Notes: generated by a model from the sequence alone, not told the origin. A stretch of 64,000 nt of DNA from Macrostomum lignano (GCA_002269645.1 NIVC01001928.1:1-64000), one strand, 5' to 3'; positions 23,201 through 37,191 are shown, counted from the stretch's first letter. Translations and numbers: made by a program.

Positions 23201-26200
23201 CATCCGTGATGGCTATAGATTAGCAATCCATTCTATTCCTTCATCCGTGATGGCTATAGATTAGCAATCCATTCTATTCCTTCATCCTGATGGCTATAGA
23301 TTAGCAATCCATTCTATTCCTTCATCCCTGATGGCTATAGATTAGCAATCCATTCTATTCCTTCATCCGTGATGGCTATAGATTAGCAATCCATTCTATT
23401 CCTTCATCCGTGATGGCTATAGATTAGCAATCCATTCTATTCCTTCATCTGATGGCTATAGATTAGCAATCCATTCTATTCCTTCATCCCTGATGGCTAT
23501 AGATTAGCAATCCATTCTATTCCTTCATCCCTGATGGCTATAGATTAGCAATCCATTCTATTCCTTCATCCGTGATGGCTATAGATTAGCAATCCATTCT
23601 ATTCCTTCATCCGTGATGGCTATAGATTAGCAATCCATTCTATTCCTTCATCCCTGTGATGGCTATAGATTAGCAATCCATTCTATTCCTTCATCCCTGA
23701 TGGCTATAGATTAGCAATCCATTCTATTCCTTCATCCCTGATGGCTATAGATTAGCAATCCATTCTATTCCTTCATCCGTGATGGCTATAGATTAGCAAT
23801 CCATTCTATTCCTTCATCCGTGATGGCTATAGATTAGCAATCCATTCTATTCCTTCATCCCTGATGGCTATAGATTAGCAATCCATTCTATTCCTTCATC
23901 CCTGATGGCTATAGATTAGCAATCCATTCTATTCCTTCATCCCTGATGGCTATAGATTAGCAATCCATTCTATTCCTTCATCCCTGATGGCTATAGATTA
24001 GCAATCCATTCTATTCCTTCATCCCTGATGGCTATAGATTAGCAATCCATTCTATTCCTTCATCCCTGATGGCTATAGATTAGCAATCCATTCTATTCCT
24101 TCATCCCTGATGGCTATAGATTAGCAATCCATTCTATTCCTTCATCCCTGATGGCTATAGATTAGCAATCCATTCTATTCCTTCATCCCTGATGGCTATA
24201 GATTAGCAATCCATTCTATTCCTTCATCCCTGATGGCTATAGATTAGCAATCCATTCTATTCCTTCATCCGTGATGGCTATAGATTAGCAATCCATTCTA
24301 TTCCTTCATCCGTGATGGCTATAGATTAGCAATCCATTCTATTCCTTCATCCTGTGATGGCTATAGATTAGCAATCCATTCTATTCCTTCATCCCTGATG
24401 GCTATAGATTAGCAATCCATTCTATTCCTTCATCCGTGATGGCTATAGATTAGCAATCCATTCTATTCCTTCATCCCTGATGGCTATAGATTAGCAATCC
24501 ATTCTATTCCTTCATCCCTGATGGAGATAGCAATCCATTCTATTCCTTCATCCCTGATGGCTATAGATTAGCAATCCATTCTATTCCTTCATCCGTGATG
24601 GCTATAGATTAGCAATCCATTCTATTCCTTCATCCGTGATGGCTATAGATTAGCAATCCATTCTATTCCTTCATCTGTGGCTATAGATTAGCAATCCATT
24701 CTATTCCTTCATCCCTGATGGCTATAGATTAGCAATCCATTCTATTCCTTCATCCGTGATGGCTATAGATTAGCAATCCATTCTATTCCTTCATCCTGAT
24801 GGCTATAGATTAGCAATCCATTCTATTCCTTCATCCGTGATGGCTATAGATTAGCAATCCATTCTATTCCTTCATCCCTGATGGCTATAGATTAGCAATC
24901 CATTCTATTCCTTCATCCGTGATGGCTATAGATTAGCAATCCATTCTATTCCTTCATCCCTGATGGCTATAGATTAGCAATCCATTCTATTCCTTCATCC
25001 GTGATGGCTATAGATTAGCAATCCATTCTATTCCTTCATCCGTGATGGCTATAGATTAGCAATCCATTCTATTCCTTCATCCCTGATGGCTATAGATTAG
25101 CAATCCATTCTATTCCTTCATCCCTGATGGCTATAGATTAGCAATCCATTCTATTCCTTCATCCCTGATGGAGCTATAGATTAGCAATCCATTCTATTCC
25201 TTCATCCGTGATGGCTATAGATTAGCAATCCATTCTATTCCTTCATCCGTGATGGCTATAGATTAGCAATCCATTCTATTCCTTCATCTGTGATGGCTAT
25301 AGATTAGCAATCCATTCTATTCCTTCAACCCTGATGGCTATAGATTAGCAATCCATTCTATTCCTTCATCCGTGATGGCTATAGATTAGCAATCCATTCT
25401 ATTCCTTCATCCGTGATGGCTATAGATTAGCAATCCATTCTATTCCTTCATCCGTGATGGCTATAGATTAGCAATCCATTCTATTCCTTCATCCCTGATG
25501 GCTATAGATTAGCAATCCATTCTATTCCTTCATCCTGATGGCTATAGATTAGCAATCCATTCTATTCCTTCATCCCTGATGGCTATAGATTAGCAATCCA
25601 TTCTATTCCTTCATCCGTGATGGCTATAGATTAGCAATCCATTCTATTCCTTCATCCGTGATGGCTATAGATTAGCAATCCATTCTATTCCTTCATCCCT
25701 GATGGCTATAGATTAGCAATCCATTCTATTCCTTCATCCCTGATGGCTATAGATTAGCAATCCATTCTATTCCTTCATCCCTGATGGCTATAGATTAGCA
25801 ATCCATTCTATTCCTTCATCCGTGATGGCTATAGATTAGCAATCCATTCTTTTCCTTCATCCGTGATGGCTATAGATTAGCAATCCATTCTATTCCTTCA
25901 TCTGTGATGGCTATAGATTAGCAATCCATTCTATTCCTTCACCCTGATGGCTATAGATTAGCAATCCATTCTATTCCTTCATCCGTGATGGCTATAGATT
26001 AGCAATCCATTCTATTCCTTCATCCGTGATGGCTATAGATTAGCAATCCATTCTATTCCTTCATCCCTGATGGCTATAGATTAGCAATCCATTCTATTCC
26101 TTCATCCGTGATGGCTATAGATTAGCAATCCATTCTATTCCTTCATCCCTGATGGCTATAGATTAGCAATCCATTCTATTCCTTCATCCGTGATGGCTAT

Positions 26201-29200
26201 AGATTAGCAATCCATTCTATTCCTTCATCCGTGATGGCTATAGATTAGCAATCCATTCTATTCCTTCATCCCTGATGGAGCTATAGATTAGCAATCCATT
26301 CTATTCCTTCATCCCTGATGGCTATAGATTAGCAATCCATTCTATTCCTTCATCCCTGATGGAGCTATAGATTAGCAATCCATTCTATTCCTTCATCTGA
26401 TGGCTATAGATTAGCAATCCATTCTATTCCTTCATCCCTGATGGCTATAGATTAGCAATCCATTCTATTCCTTCATCTGTGATGGCTATAGATTAGCAAT
26501 CCATTCTATTCCTTCATCCCTGATGGCTATAGATTAGCAATCCATTCTATTCCTTCATCCGTGATGGCTATAGATTAGCAATCCATTCTATTCCTTCATC
26601 CTGATGGCTATAGATTAGCAATCCATTCTATTCCTTCATCCGTGATGGCTATAGATTAGCAATCCATTCTATTCCTTCATCCCTGATGGCTATAGATTAG
26701 CAATCCATTCTATTCCTTCATCCGTGATGGCTATAGATTAGCAATCCATTCTATTCCTTCATCCCTGATGGCTATAGATTAGCAATCCATTCTATTCCTT
26801 CATCCGTGATGGCTATAGATTAGCAATCCATTCTATTCTATTCCTTCATCCGTGATGGCTATAGATTAGCAATCCATTCTATTCCTTCATCCGTGATGGC
26901 TATAGATTAGCAATCCATTCTATTCCTTCATCCCTGATGGCTATAGATTAGCAATCCATTCTATTCCTTCATCCTGATGGATATAGATTAGCAATCCATT
27001 CTATTCCTTCATCCGTGATGGCTATAGATTAGCAATCCATTCTATTCCTTCATCCGTGATGGCTATAGATTAGCAATCCATTCTATTCCTTTATCTGATG
27101 GCTATAGATTAGCAATCCATTCTATTCCTTCATCCGATGGCTATAGATTAGCAATCCATTCTATTCCTTCCCCTTCATGGATGCTATAGATTAGCAATCC
27201 ATTCTATTCCTTCATCCGTGATGCTATAGATTAGCAATCCATTCTATTCCTTCATCCGTGATGGCTATAGATTAGCAATCCATTCTATTCCTTCATCCGT
27301 GATGGCTATAGATTAGCAATCCATTCTATTCCTTCATCCCTGATGGCTATAGATTAGCAATTCCATTCTATTCCTTCATCCTGATGAGCTATAGATTAGC
27401 AATCCATTCTATTCCTTCATCCCTGATGGCTATAGATTAGCAATCATTCTATTCCTTCATCCCTGATGGCTATAGATTAGCAATCCATTCTATTCTTTCA
27501 TCCCTGATGGTTATAGATTAGCAATCCATTCTATTCCTTCATCCCTGATGGAGCTATAGATTAGCAATCCATTCTATTTTCATCCCTGATGGAGCTATAG
27601 ATTAGCAATCCATTCTCTTCTTCATCCCTGATGCTATAGATTAGCAATCCATTCTCCTATGATGGCTATAGATTCAATTTCTATTCCGTGATGGCTATAG
27701 ATTAGCAATCCATTCTATTCCTTCATCCGTGATGGCTATAGATTAGCAATCCATTCTATTCCTTCATCCCTGATGGCTATAGATTAGCAATCCATTCTAT
27801 TCCTTCAACCCTGATGGCTATAGATTAGCAATCCATTCTATTCCTTCATCCGTGATGGCTATAGATTAGCAATCCATTCTATTCCTTCATCGTGATGGCT
27901 ATAGATTCCCATTCTATTCCTTCATCCCTGTGATGAGCTATAGATTAGCAATCCATTCTATTCCTTCATCCCTGATGGAGCTATAGATTAGCAATCATTC
28001 TATTCCTTCATCCTGATGGAGCTATAGATTAGCAATCCATTCTATTCCTTCATCCGTGATGGCTATAGATTAGCAATCCATTCTATTCCTTCATCCGTGA
28101 TGGCTATAGATTAGCAATCCATTCTATTCTTATCTGTGATGGCTATAGATTAGCAATCCATTCTATTCCTTCAACCCTGATGGCTATAGATTAGCAATCC
28201 ATTCTATTCCTTCATCCCTGATGGCTATAGATTAGCAATCCATTCTATTCCTTCATCCCTGATGGCTATAGATTAGCAATCCATTCTATTCCTTCATCCG
28301 TGATGGCTATAGATTAGCAATCCATTCTATTCCTTCATCCGTGATGGCTATAGATTAGCAATCCATTCTATTCCTTCATCTGTGATGGCTATAGATTAGC
28401 AATCCATTCTATTCCTTCATCCCTGATGGCTATAGATTAGCAATCCATTCTATTCCTTCATCCCTGATGAGCTATAGATTAGCAATCCATTCTATTCCTT
28501 CATCCTGATGGCTATAGATTAGCAATCCATTCTATTCCTTCATCCCTGATGGCTATAGATTAGCAATCCATTCTATTCCTTCAACCCTGATGGCTATAGA
28601 TTAGCAATCCATTCTATTCCTTCATCTGTGATGGCTATAGATTAGCAATCCATTCTATTCCTTCATCCCTGATGGCTATAGATTAGCAATCCATTCTATT
28701 CCTTCATCCCTGATGGCTATAGATTAGCAATCCATTCTATTCCTTCATCCCTGATGGCTATAGATTAGCAATCCATTCTATTCCTTCATCTGTGATGGCT
28801 ATAGATTAGCAATCCATTCTATTCCTTCAACCCTGATGGCTATAGATTAGCAATCCATTCTATTCCTTCATCCCTGATGGCTATAGATTAGCAATCCATT
28901 CTATTCCTTCATCCCTGATGGCTATAGATTAGCAATCCATTCTATTCCTTCATCCCTGATGGCTATAGATTAGCAATCCATTCTATTCCTTCATCTGTGA
29001 TGGCTATAGATTAGCAATCCATTCTATTCCTTCATCCCTGATGGCTATAGATTAGCAATCCATTCTATTCCTTCATCCTGATGGCTATAGATTAGCAATC
29101 CATTCTATTCCTTCATCCCTGATGGCTATAGATTAGCAATCCATTCTATTCCTTCATCCCTGATGGCTATAGATTAGCAATCCATTCTATTCCTTCATCC

Positions 29201-32170
29201 TGATGGTATAGATTAGCAATCCATTCTATTCCTTCATCCCTGATGGCTATAGATTAGCAATCCATTCTATTCCTTCATCCGTGATGGCTATAGATTAGCA
29301 ATCCATTCTATTCATTCCCGTGATGGCTATAGATTAGCAATCCATTCTATTCCTTCATCTGTGATGGCTATAGATTAGCAATCCATTCTATTCCTTCATC
29401 CCTGATGGCTATAGATTAGCAATCCATTCTATTCCTTCATCCGTGATGGCTATAGATTAGCAATCCATTCTATTCCTTCATCCCTGATGGCTATAGATTA
29501 GCAATCCATTCTATTCCTTCATCCCTGATGGAGCTATAGATTAGCAATCCATTCTATTCCTTCATCCCTGATGGCTATAGATTAGCAATCCATTCTATTC
29601 CTTCATCCCTGATGGAGCTATAGATTAGCAATCCATTCTATTCCTTCATCCCTGATGGCTATAGATTAGCAATCCATTCTATTCCTTCATCCGTGATGGC
29701 TATAGATTAGCAATCCATTCTATTCCTTCATCCGTGATGGCTATAGATTAGCAATCCATTCTATTCCTTCATCTGTGATGGCTATAGATTAGCAATCCAT
29801 TCTATTCCTTCATCCCTGATGGCTATAGATTAGCAATCCATTCTATTCCTTCATCCCTGATGGCTATAGATTAGCAATCCATTCTATTCCTTCAACCCTG
29901 ATGGCTATAGATTAGCAATCCATTCTATTCCTTCATCCGTGATGGCTATAGATTAGCAATCCATTCTATTCCTTCATCCGTGATGGCTATAGATTAGCAA
30001 TCCATTCTATTCCTTCATCCCTGATGGCTATAGATTAGCAATCCATTCTATTCCTTCATCCCTGATGGCTATAGATTAGCAATCCATTCTATTCCTTCAT
30101 CCGTGATGGCTATAGATTAGCAATCCATTCTATTCCTTCATCCGTGATGGCTATAGATTAGCAATCCATTCTATTCCTTCATCCCTGATGGCTATAGATT
30201 AGCAATCCATTCTATTCCTTCATCCCTGATGGCTATAGATTAGCAATCCATTCTATTCCTTCATCCCTGATGGCTATAGATTAGCAATCCATTCTATTCC
30301 TTCATCCGTGATGGCTATAGATTAGCAATCCATTCTATTCCTTCATCCGTGATGGCTATAGATTAGCAATCCATTCTATTCCTTTATCTGTGATGGCTAT
30401 AGATTAGCAATCCATTCTATTCCTTCAACCCTGATGGCTATAGATTAGCAATCCATTCTATTCCTTCATCCTGATGGCTATAGATTAGCAATCCATTCTA
30501 TTCCTTCATCCGTGATGGCTATAGATTAGCAATCCATTCTATTCCTTCATCCGTGATGGCTATAGATTAGCAATCCATTCTATTCCTTCATCCTGATGGA
30601 GCTATAGATTAGCAATCCATTCTATTCCTTCATCCCTGATGGAGCTATAGATTAGCAATCCATTCTATTCCTTCATCCCTGATGGAGCTATAGATTAGCA
30701 ATCCATTCTATTCCTTCATCCCTGATGGAGCTATAGATTAGCAATCCATTCTATTCCTTCATCCCTGATGGCTATAGATTAGCAATCCATTCTATTCCTT
30801 CATCCCTGATGGCTATAGATTAGCAATCCATTCTATTCCTTCATCCCTGATGGTTATAGATTAGCAATCCATTCTATTCCTTCAACCCTGATGGCTATAG
30901 ATTAGCAATCCATTCTATTCCTTCATCCTGATGGCTATAGATTAGCAATCCATTCTATTCCTTCATCCCTGATGGCTATAGATTAGCAATCCATTCTATT
31001 CCTTCATCCGTGATGGCTATAGATTAGCAATCCATTCTATTCCTTCATCCGTGATGGCTATAGATTAGCAATCCATTCTATTCCTTCATCTGTGATGGCT
31101 ATAGATTAGCAATCCATTCTATTCCTTCATCCCTGATGGCTATAGATTAGCAATCCATTCTATTCCTTCATCCGTGATGGCTATAGATTAGCAATCCATT
31201 CTATTCCTTCATCCGTGATGGCTATAGATTAGCAATCCATTCTATTCCTTCATCCCTGATGGAGCTATAGATTAGCAATCCATTCTATTCCTTCATCCCT
31301 GATGGAGCTATAGATTAGCAATCCATTCTATTCCTTCATCCGTGATGGCTATAGATTAGCAATCCATTCTATTCCTTCATCCTGATGGCTATAGATTAGC
31401 AATCCATTCTATTCCTTTATCTGTGATGGCTATAGATTAGCAATCCATTCTATTCCTTCAACCCTGATGGCTATAGATTAGCAATCCATTCTATTCCTTC
31501 ATCCGTGATGCTATAGATTAGCAATCCATTCTATTCCTTCATCCGTGATGGCTATAGATTAGCAATCCATTCTATTCCTTCATCCGTGATGGCTATAGAT
31601 TAGCAATCCATTCTATTCCTTCATCCCTGATGAGCTATAGATTAGCAATCCATTCTATTCCTTCATCCGTGATGGCTATAGATTAGCAATCCATTCTATT
31701 CCTTCATCCCTGATGGCTATAGATTAGCAATCCATTCTATTCCTTCATCCGTGATGGCTATAGATTAGCAATCCATTCTATTCCTTCATCCGTGATGGCT
31801 ATAGATTAGCAATCCATTCTATTCTTTATCTGTGATGGCTATAGATTAGCAATCCATTCTATTCCTTCATCCCTGATGGCTATAGATTAGCAATCCATTC
31901 TATTCTTCATCCGTGATGGCTATAGATTAGCAATCCATTCTATTCCTTCATCCGTGATGGCTATAGATTAGCAATCCATTCTATTCCTTCATCCGTGATG
32001 GCTATAGATTAGCAATCCATTCTATTCCTTCAACCCTGATGGCTATAGATTAGCAATCCATTCTCTTCCTTCATCCCTGATGGCGCTATAGATTAGCAAT
32101 TCATTCTATTCTTCATCCCTGATGGCTATAGATTAGCAATCCATTCTTTTCCTTCATCCGTGATGGCTAT
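17254..32170 (+). repeat. 41-bp satellite, ~15 kb (~360 copies), truncated by an assembly gap
   Basis: Unit GATGGCTATAGATTAGCAATCCATTCTATTCCTTCATCCCT with CCGT, CTGT, AACCCT and +AG variants. The ORF track is empty here. Confidence 0.99.
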
Positions 32171-32297
32171 NNNNNNNNNNNNNNNNNNNNNNNNNNNNNN
32201 NNNNNNNNNNNNNNNNNNNNNNNNNNNNNNNNNNNNNNNNNNNNNNNNNNNNNNNNNNNNNNNNNNNNNNNNNNNNNNNNNNNNNNNNNNNNNNNNN
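32171..32297. other. Assembly gap (127 N)
   Basis: Run of N; different tandem repeats lie on either side. Confidence 1.
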
Positions 32298-32642
32298 ACC
32301 TCAAGGTCTCACCCCAAGACACGACCTCAAGGTCTCACCCTCAAGACACGACCTCGACCTCAATGTCTCACCCCAAGACGCGACTTCAAGGCCTCAACCC
32401 AAGACCGACCTCAAGGCCTCACCCCAAGACACAACCTCAAGGCCTCACCCAAGGCACGACCTCAAGGCCTCACCCCAAGACACGACCTCAAGGCCTCACC
32501 CCAAGGCACGACCTCAAGGCCTCACCCCAAGGCACGACCTCAAGGCCTCACCCCAAGACACGACCTCAAGGCCTCACCCCAAGACACGACCTCAAGGCCT
32601 CACACCAAGACACGACCTCAAGGCCTCACACCAAGACACGAC
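32298..32642. repeat. ~26-bp minisatellite (CCTCAAGGCCTCACCCCAAGACACGA)
   Basis: Read directly. Confidence 0.93.
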
Positions 32643-32731
32643 CCCAACTGTCCACACAGTCCTCACCTTAAGAGACGAATGCTTGGCCTTGTACATGACT
32701 GAAATGAAGAACTTATCAGTCATATAATAGA

Positions 32732-32895
32732 CTAGAAGGTGCGATATAAACGCGATTCGCGTTGCGCAATGACTTGCAGATCAGCTTTAAGTTGGTAACG
32801 CTCCATTCGGGCCTTGCAGGAGCTGTGCATGCACACTTTCATAGCCAGACTGGACGAGTGCTGGCGTCGGCGAACAAATAGAACGAAACCCTGGC
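32732..32895 (-). CDS. Unassigned gene, candidate terminal exon
   Basis: CTTCAG acceptor, phase 1 matching the upstream donor. Reads QGFVLFVRRRQHSSSLAMKVCMHSSCKARMERYQLKADLQVIAQRESRLYRTF*. Confidence 0.5.
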
Positions 32896-33078
32896 CTGAA
32901 GTGTCAGTTTTTATAGCATTATCAATTTAATCTTCTCCACAGACTGCTATAACACTCGTGCTCGTAACTGATTGAAGCCTACTGGTAAATAATAGCAATT
33001 AAAAATTCACAATTGCCTGGATCAGTCACTTTGGCCGAAGCCAGTGCAATGAGCTTTTATTCCCTCATTAGGCCTTAC

Positions 33079-33469
33079 CACCAACGAATATCCGACGATC
33101 CTTCCGCTGCAGCACGTACTCGGGCATCTGCCATTTCTTAGCCCCGTCGGCGTACCTAACCGAGTCGGACACGACCTCGGCAAACAGATCGTTGATATTA
33201 AGCGTGCTGACAACCTTCATGAACTCCTTCTTGTCCATGTTGGCCCAGTCTATTTTCAGGGTGATTATTGGCGTCGCTGTTCTTAACGCAGCCGATTCCA
33301 CGCGACGGCCCCTGATCGAGGTCCGACGCGGCCAAGTCGTGGGAGAAGCTGAAGCAGATGCCTCGGGCGGAGCTACGGTTTGTGTAGACCAGGGCGGGGC
33401 CCGCCGACGCCTCCCTGTGCAGGACGACAGCGCTGGCGGCGGTGCTGGCATCGTCGTTGCAGCAATCTT
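33079..33469 (-). CDS. Unassigned gene, GC-rich exon; weak resemblance to the BACK-to-Kelch linker
   Basis: Open frame ...LKIDWANMDKKEFMKVVSTLNINDLFAEVVSDSVRYADGAKKWQMPEYVLQRKDRRIFVG, ending at G|GTAAGG donor. The 5' boundary (CTGCAG at 33470) is uncertain. Confidence 0.55.
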
Positions 33470-34391
33470 CTGCAGGCTGATTGTTCAGCTCCACTAGGGG
33501 GGGCAGCTTCCTTTGTCGGTGAGCCCGTCTCGCATTTCAATGCTCCTCCTTTTCATGTCGGGGATTGAAGGGGGAGCCAATTTTTGGCGATTGAGAAACA
33601 AATAGAGGACTTCGGTCAGCGGTCCGTCAGCATGCTCAGCTATTAGCGCTAATTGGCAAGTCAGCTGCAGCCCCGAATCGTACGCTTAATAAGCTAAACT
33701 GAAATAGGGGAAATATCTTCTTATGCTCCTAATAACGCATATATTTAATAAGTAGATACGTGAGGAAGCTTATTTGCGGGCGTCGGAATCGAATCCTGCC
33801 ATAGACACTAGCGAGTCTTGCGAACAGACAGTGGCGCTTCTTTAGAAGTGAGTTTTATAATTTATGTCAATTGAGAAAAGTCTTGAATTGGTATACAGTA
33901 ATTTCTTTAATCGAACAGCCCCCCAAAACACATGCATTCCATACGTGCCAACACCAGAATCCAGAAGTCTACATGATCGAACACACGTGCACGCAAGACA
34001 GCAATCGACCAAAAAAACTAAAAAAATAAGGCGATGCCAATTTAGGAAGAATCCTTGTTTTTCCTCTTAGCGTAAAAATTCAATGATTATTCCATCTAAA
34101 AATAAATAAAATAATTCTAATTATTTTACTGACAGCAGTTGACAGCAGGTTCCAAAATAATTCATTTTTTTAGCATGCGCTGAAATTAATTTGAAAACAT
34201 GCTCACCGATATGTATCGAAAAATATGTAAGTGCGTACACATCGTAGGTGTTTATGAAGCACTGCTGATTCTTTTTACATACGCAACACTGATATACGAT
34301 CATTGATTTTTCTGTGCAAAAACTTACAAAGATAAGGTAAACCGTAACAAAATGGGGCGAATGCGTCAAACTTATTTTGTGGCAAAAAGTG

Positions 34392-34465
34392 AGCCTCTAG
34401 GGAGGATCGAACTCCCGACCCCTGGTTTACTAGACCAGTGCTCTAGCCACTGAAGCTATAGAGGC
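34392..34465 (-). tRNA. trnT-AGT: tRNA-Thr (anticodon AGT)
   Basis: Acceptor stem GCCTCTA/TAGAGGC, anticodon arm CTGGT-CTAGTAA-ACCAG, T-arm GGGAG-TTCGATC-CTCCC, TTTTT terminator 3 nt downstream. One extra T in the D-arm. Confidence 0.9.
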
Positions 34466-36057
34466 GGTGTTGAGGGACAGCAAAATTATACTTTTTATAC
34501 ATACATTTCCTGTGAACTATTTTAACCTGAAAGTTCCAAGAAATCGCCAATTTCACGTGCTGACACGTGCAAAGCCAAAGCTTATTAAGAGAGTGGAACT
34601 TAATTCTGACAAACTCCACAAGGCATCATAGGCCTAAGCATACGAGTAGTCGGGTACTAGCGCTCGTAACTGCTTTGGTTTCTAATTTTACTCATATTAA
34701 GTTGATAACCGTAATCGCATCATGCCGATCATGGTCATGCTATGCTACATGCTAGGGTAGCTGAGCTGGTAATTCTAAACACCAGCGGGCTCCTAGCCTA
34801 GCCAAGCCCTGTTGGGCGGGCGTCGGCGACCCCTAGGATGTAATTTTAATGCACTGTCTTATTATGGTATAGTATAGGCGTATAGTATAGCCAGTTTTTT
34901 AAATAGGATAAGAGTAATTATTTTAAGATAGGCCTACACCTATTTAGGCCAATGTCTAGAGGGTAGAGATCTATTTAATTTCTTAGGACTTAGGCCTACC
35001 TACAGTACATTAGCTATAGTATACAAAGGCTATGGTTTGTATACTATAGCTAATCAGTGCTAGCTAGTCAGTGCTAGTGCTAAACTATACTCTATAGACT
35101 ATAGTATAATAATAGCATAACCAGGGCAGCAATTGTCAAGTTCCAATTGTTAAATTATTTTGACTCTAGAAAAATTTTTAAAGCTTTCCTAATATAAGAC
35201 TAGAGTGCAAATAGAACTTAATACTCGTAATATATTATATATGGAAAATTTATACTTATAGAAGCCTAGGGCCTAGTCTTACACTCTTAGACATACTTGC
35301 AAATTGCTTTTGCTAACTAGTGCCTATATGGCTATGCCTATGCTATAACAAATCTATGAATTAGACTTAGACTAGGGGGCCTAAGTCTTAGACTAGGCCT
35401 AGGGCCTAGACCTAACTATTATTTGCCTTTTGCAATTAGAAACCTAAGTATTAATATTAGTCCAACTAGAAGGGTAAGGAAACAGTTGCCCTCCTCTTAA
35501 AGCAGAGACTTAAAAAAATCAAAGGAAGACCAAGCAAATAGAGCCACCTCCTTCCCCTTGGCTTGGGTCCTTACCTTCTAGAATCCCCCCTCCTTAACAA
35601 ATTTCTATTTGTGCTACTAGGCCTAAGGCTAATGAATTAATCATGTTTAAAATTAGAAATTTGAATTTTGCACTCGGTAGGCCTATGTATAGATTTGATC
35701 ATTTTTAAAGATAAAGTCAATCATATATATATATAATACAGTGCAGCCCCATATATATATATAATTATATATAATATAGGCCTAGACTGATAAAAACAAT
35801 ATATAGGCTCAAGCCAATAAGCCATATAATTTTTATATGCACTTAGGATAGTATAAGTAGGGGCCTATGCATTTTGGTTGGCTAATTTAATTAAATTAAT
35901 ATTATAATATCCATTTCAGAAATGATAAAATATTTTGGCAACAAAATGCAACAAATATTTTGGCAACAAAATTTTTATTTGCATTAATAAATTTTTAAAC
36001 TAAGTATATTACTATTAGTAATAAGCCAAAGGAACCATTACCTATAGCTTGAGCACT

Positions 36058-36108
36058 ATGGCTATGGATAAGCCTAATACAATGAAAGATATTGTGGAAG
36101 ATATTAAT
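36058..36108 (+). CDS. TMEM134: TMEM134-like exon 1 (start uncertain; an upstream exon is possible)
   Basis: MAMDKPNTMKDIVEDIN|GTAAGT, phase 0. Confidence 0.55.
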
Positions 36109-36215
36109 GTAAGTTGAAACTTTTTATCAAATATTTTAATCCTTCATAGTTAATCTAGGTACATGTATTTAGCCAAATATATAAGTCCTTAAGCTCAACT
36201 GTGATTATGTTTTAG

Positions 36216-36292
36216 GCCCAGTCTGCAGTCATTGCAAGAAATTACCAAGGTTTGCAAGACTCTAACACATTGGAACTAAGTGATATTGCTTT
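36216..36292 (+). CDS. TMEM134: TMEM134-like exon 2
   Basis: TTTTAG|AQSAVIARNYQGLQDSNTLELSDIA|GTAAGT. RNYQGLQD resembles TMEM134 RLRYQNLEN. Confidence 0.75.
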
Positions 36293-36407
36293 GTAAGTGA
36301 TACTTGTTTATATATTTAATCAGTTTTAAAATATTAGTTTGAGTTGAGATTATCTTTTAATTATCTGTTTGAGATCTCCCTCTCTCTTTTTCTATGATCA
36401 TCAGTAT

Positions 36408-37112
36408 TGGATCTCTTGTCATTGTCAGTGTGGGATCTCTTGTCACCTTCAGTTTAGGATCTCTTGTCATCCTCAGTGTGGGATCTCTTGTCATCCTCAG
36501 TGTGGGATCTCTTGTCATCCTCAGTGTGGGATCTCTTGTCATCCTCAGTGTGGGATCTCTTGTCATCCTCAGTGTGGGATCTCTTGTCATCCTCAGTATG
36601 GGATCTCTTGTCATCCTCAGTGTGGGATCTCTTGTCATCCTCAGTATGGATCTCTTGTCATCCTCAGTGTGGGATCTCTTGTCATCCTCAGTATGGGATC
36701 TCTTGTAATCCTCAGTATGGGATCTCTTGTCATCCTCAGTATGGGATCTCTTGTCATCCTCAGTATGGGATCTCTTGTCATCCTCAGTATGGGATCTCTT
36801 GTCATCCTCAGTGTGGGATCTCTTGTTATCCTCAGTGTGGGATCTCTTGTCATCCTCAGTATGGGATCTCTTGTCATCCTCAGTGTGGGATCTCTTGTCA
36901 TCCTCAGTGTGGGATCTCTTGTCATTCTCAGTGTGGGATCTCTTGTCATCCTCAGTATGGGATCTCTTGTTATCCTCAGTGTGGGATCTCTTGTCATTCT
37001 CAGTGTGGGATCTCTTGTCATCCTCAGTATGGGATCTCTTGTCATCCTCAGTGTGGGATCTCTTGTCATTCTCAGTGTGGGATCTCATGTCCTTATTCTC
37101 AGATCCTCAGTG
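36408..37112. repeat. Intronic 24-bp minisatellite (GGATCTCTTGTCATCCTCAGTGTG)
   Basis: Period 24; source of several spurious ORFs. Confidence 0.95.
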
Positions 37113-37191
37113 TGGATGTCTTGTCACGATTCTCTAGAAATAGAAATCAGTATCACTAACACCCACCCCACCTCCGGCAGTGCTCCATCAG

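Noticed and set aside
17254-32170. CRISPR array or satellite-encoded hammerhead ribozyme (a few units contain CTGATGA)
   Set aside because: There are no unique spacers and the context is eukaryotic. The plus-strand unit has no GAAA core or stems to complete a hammerhead.
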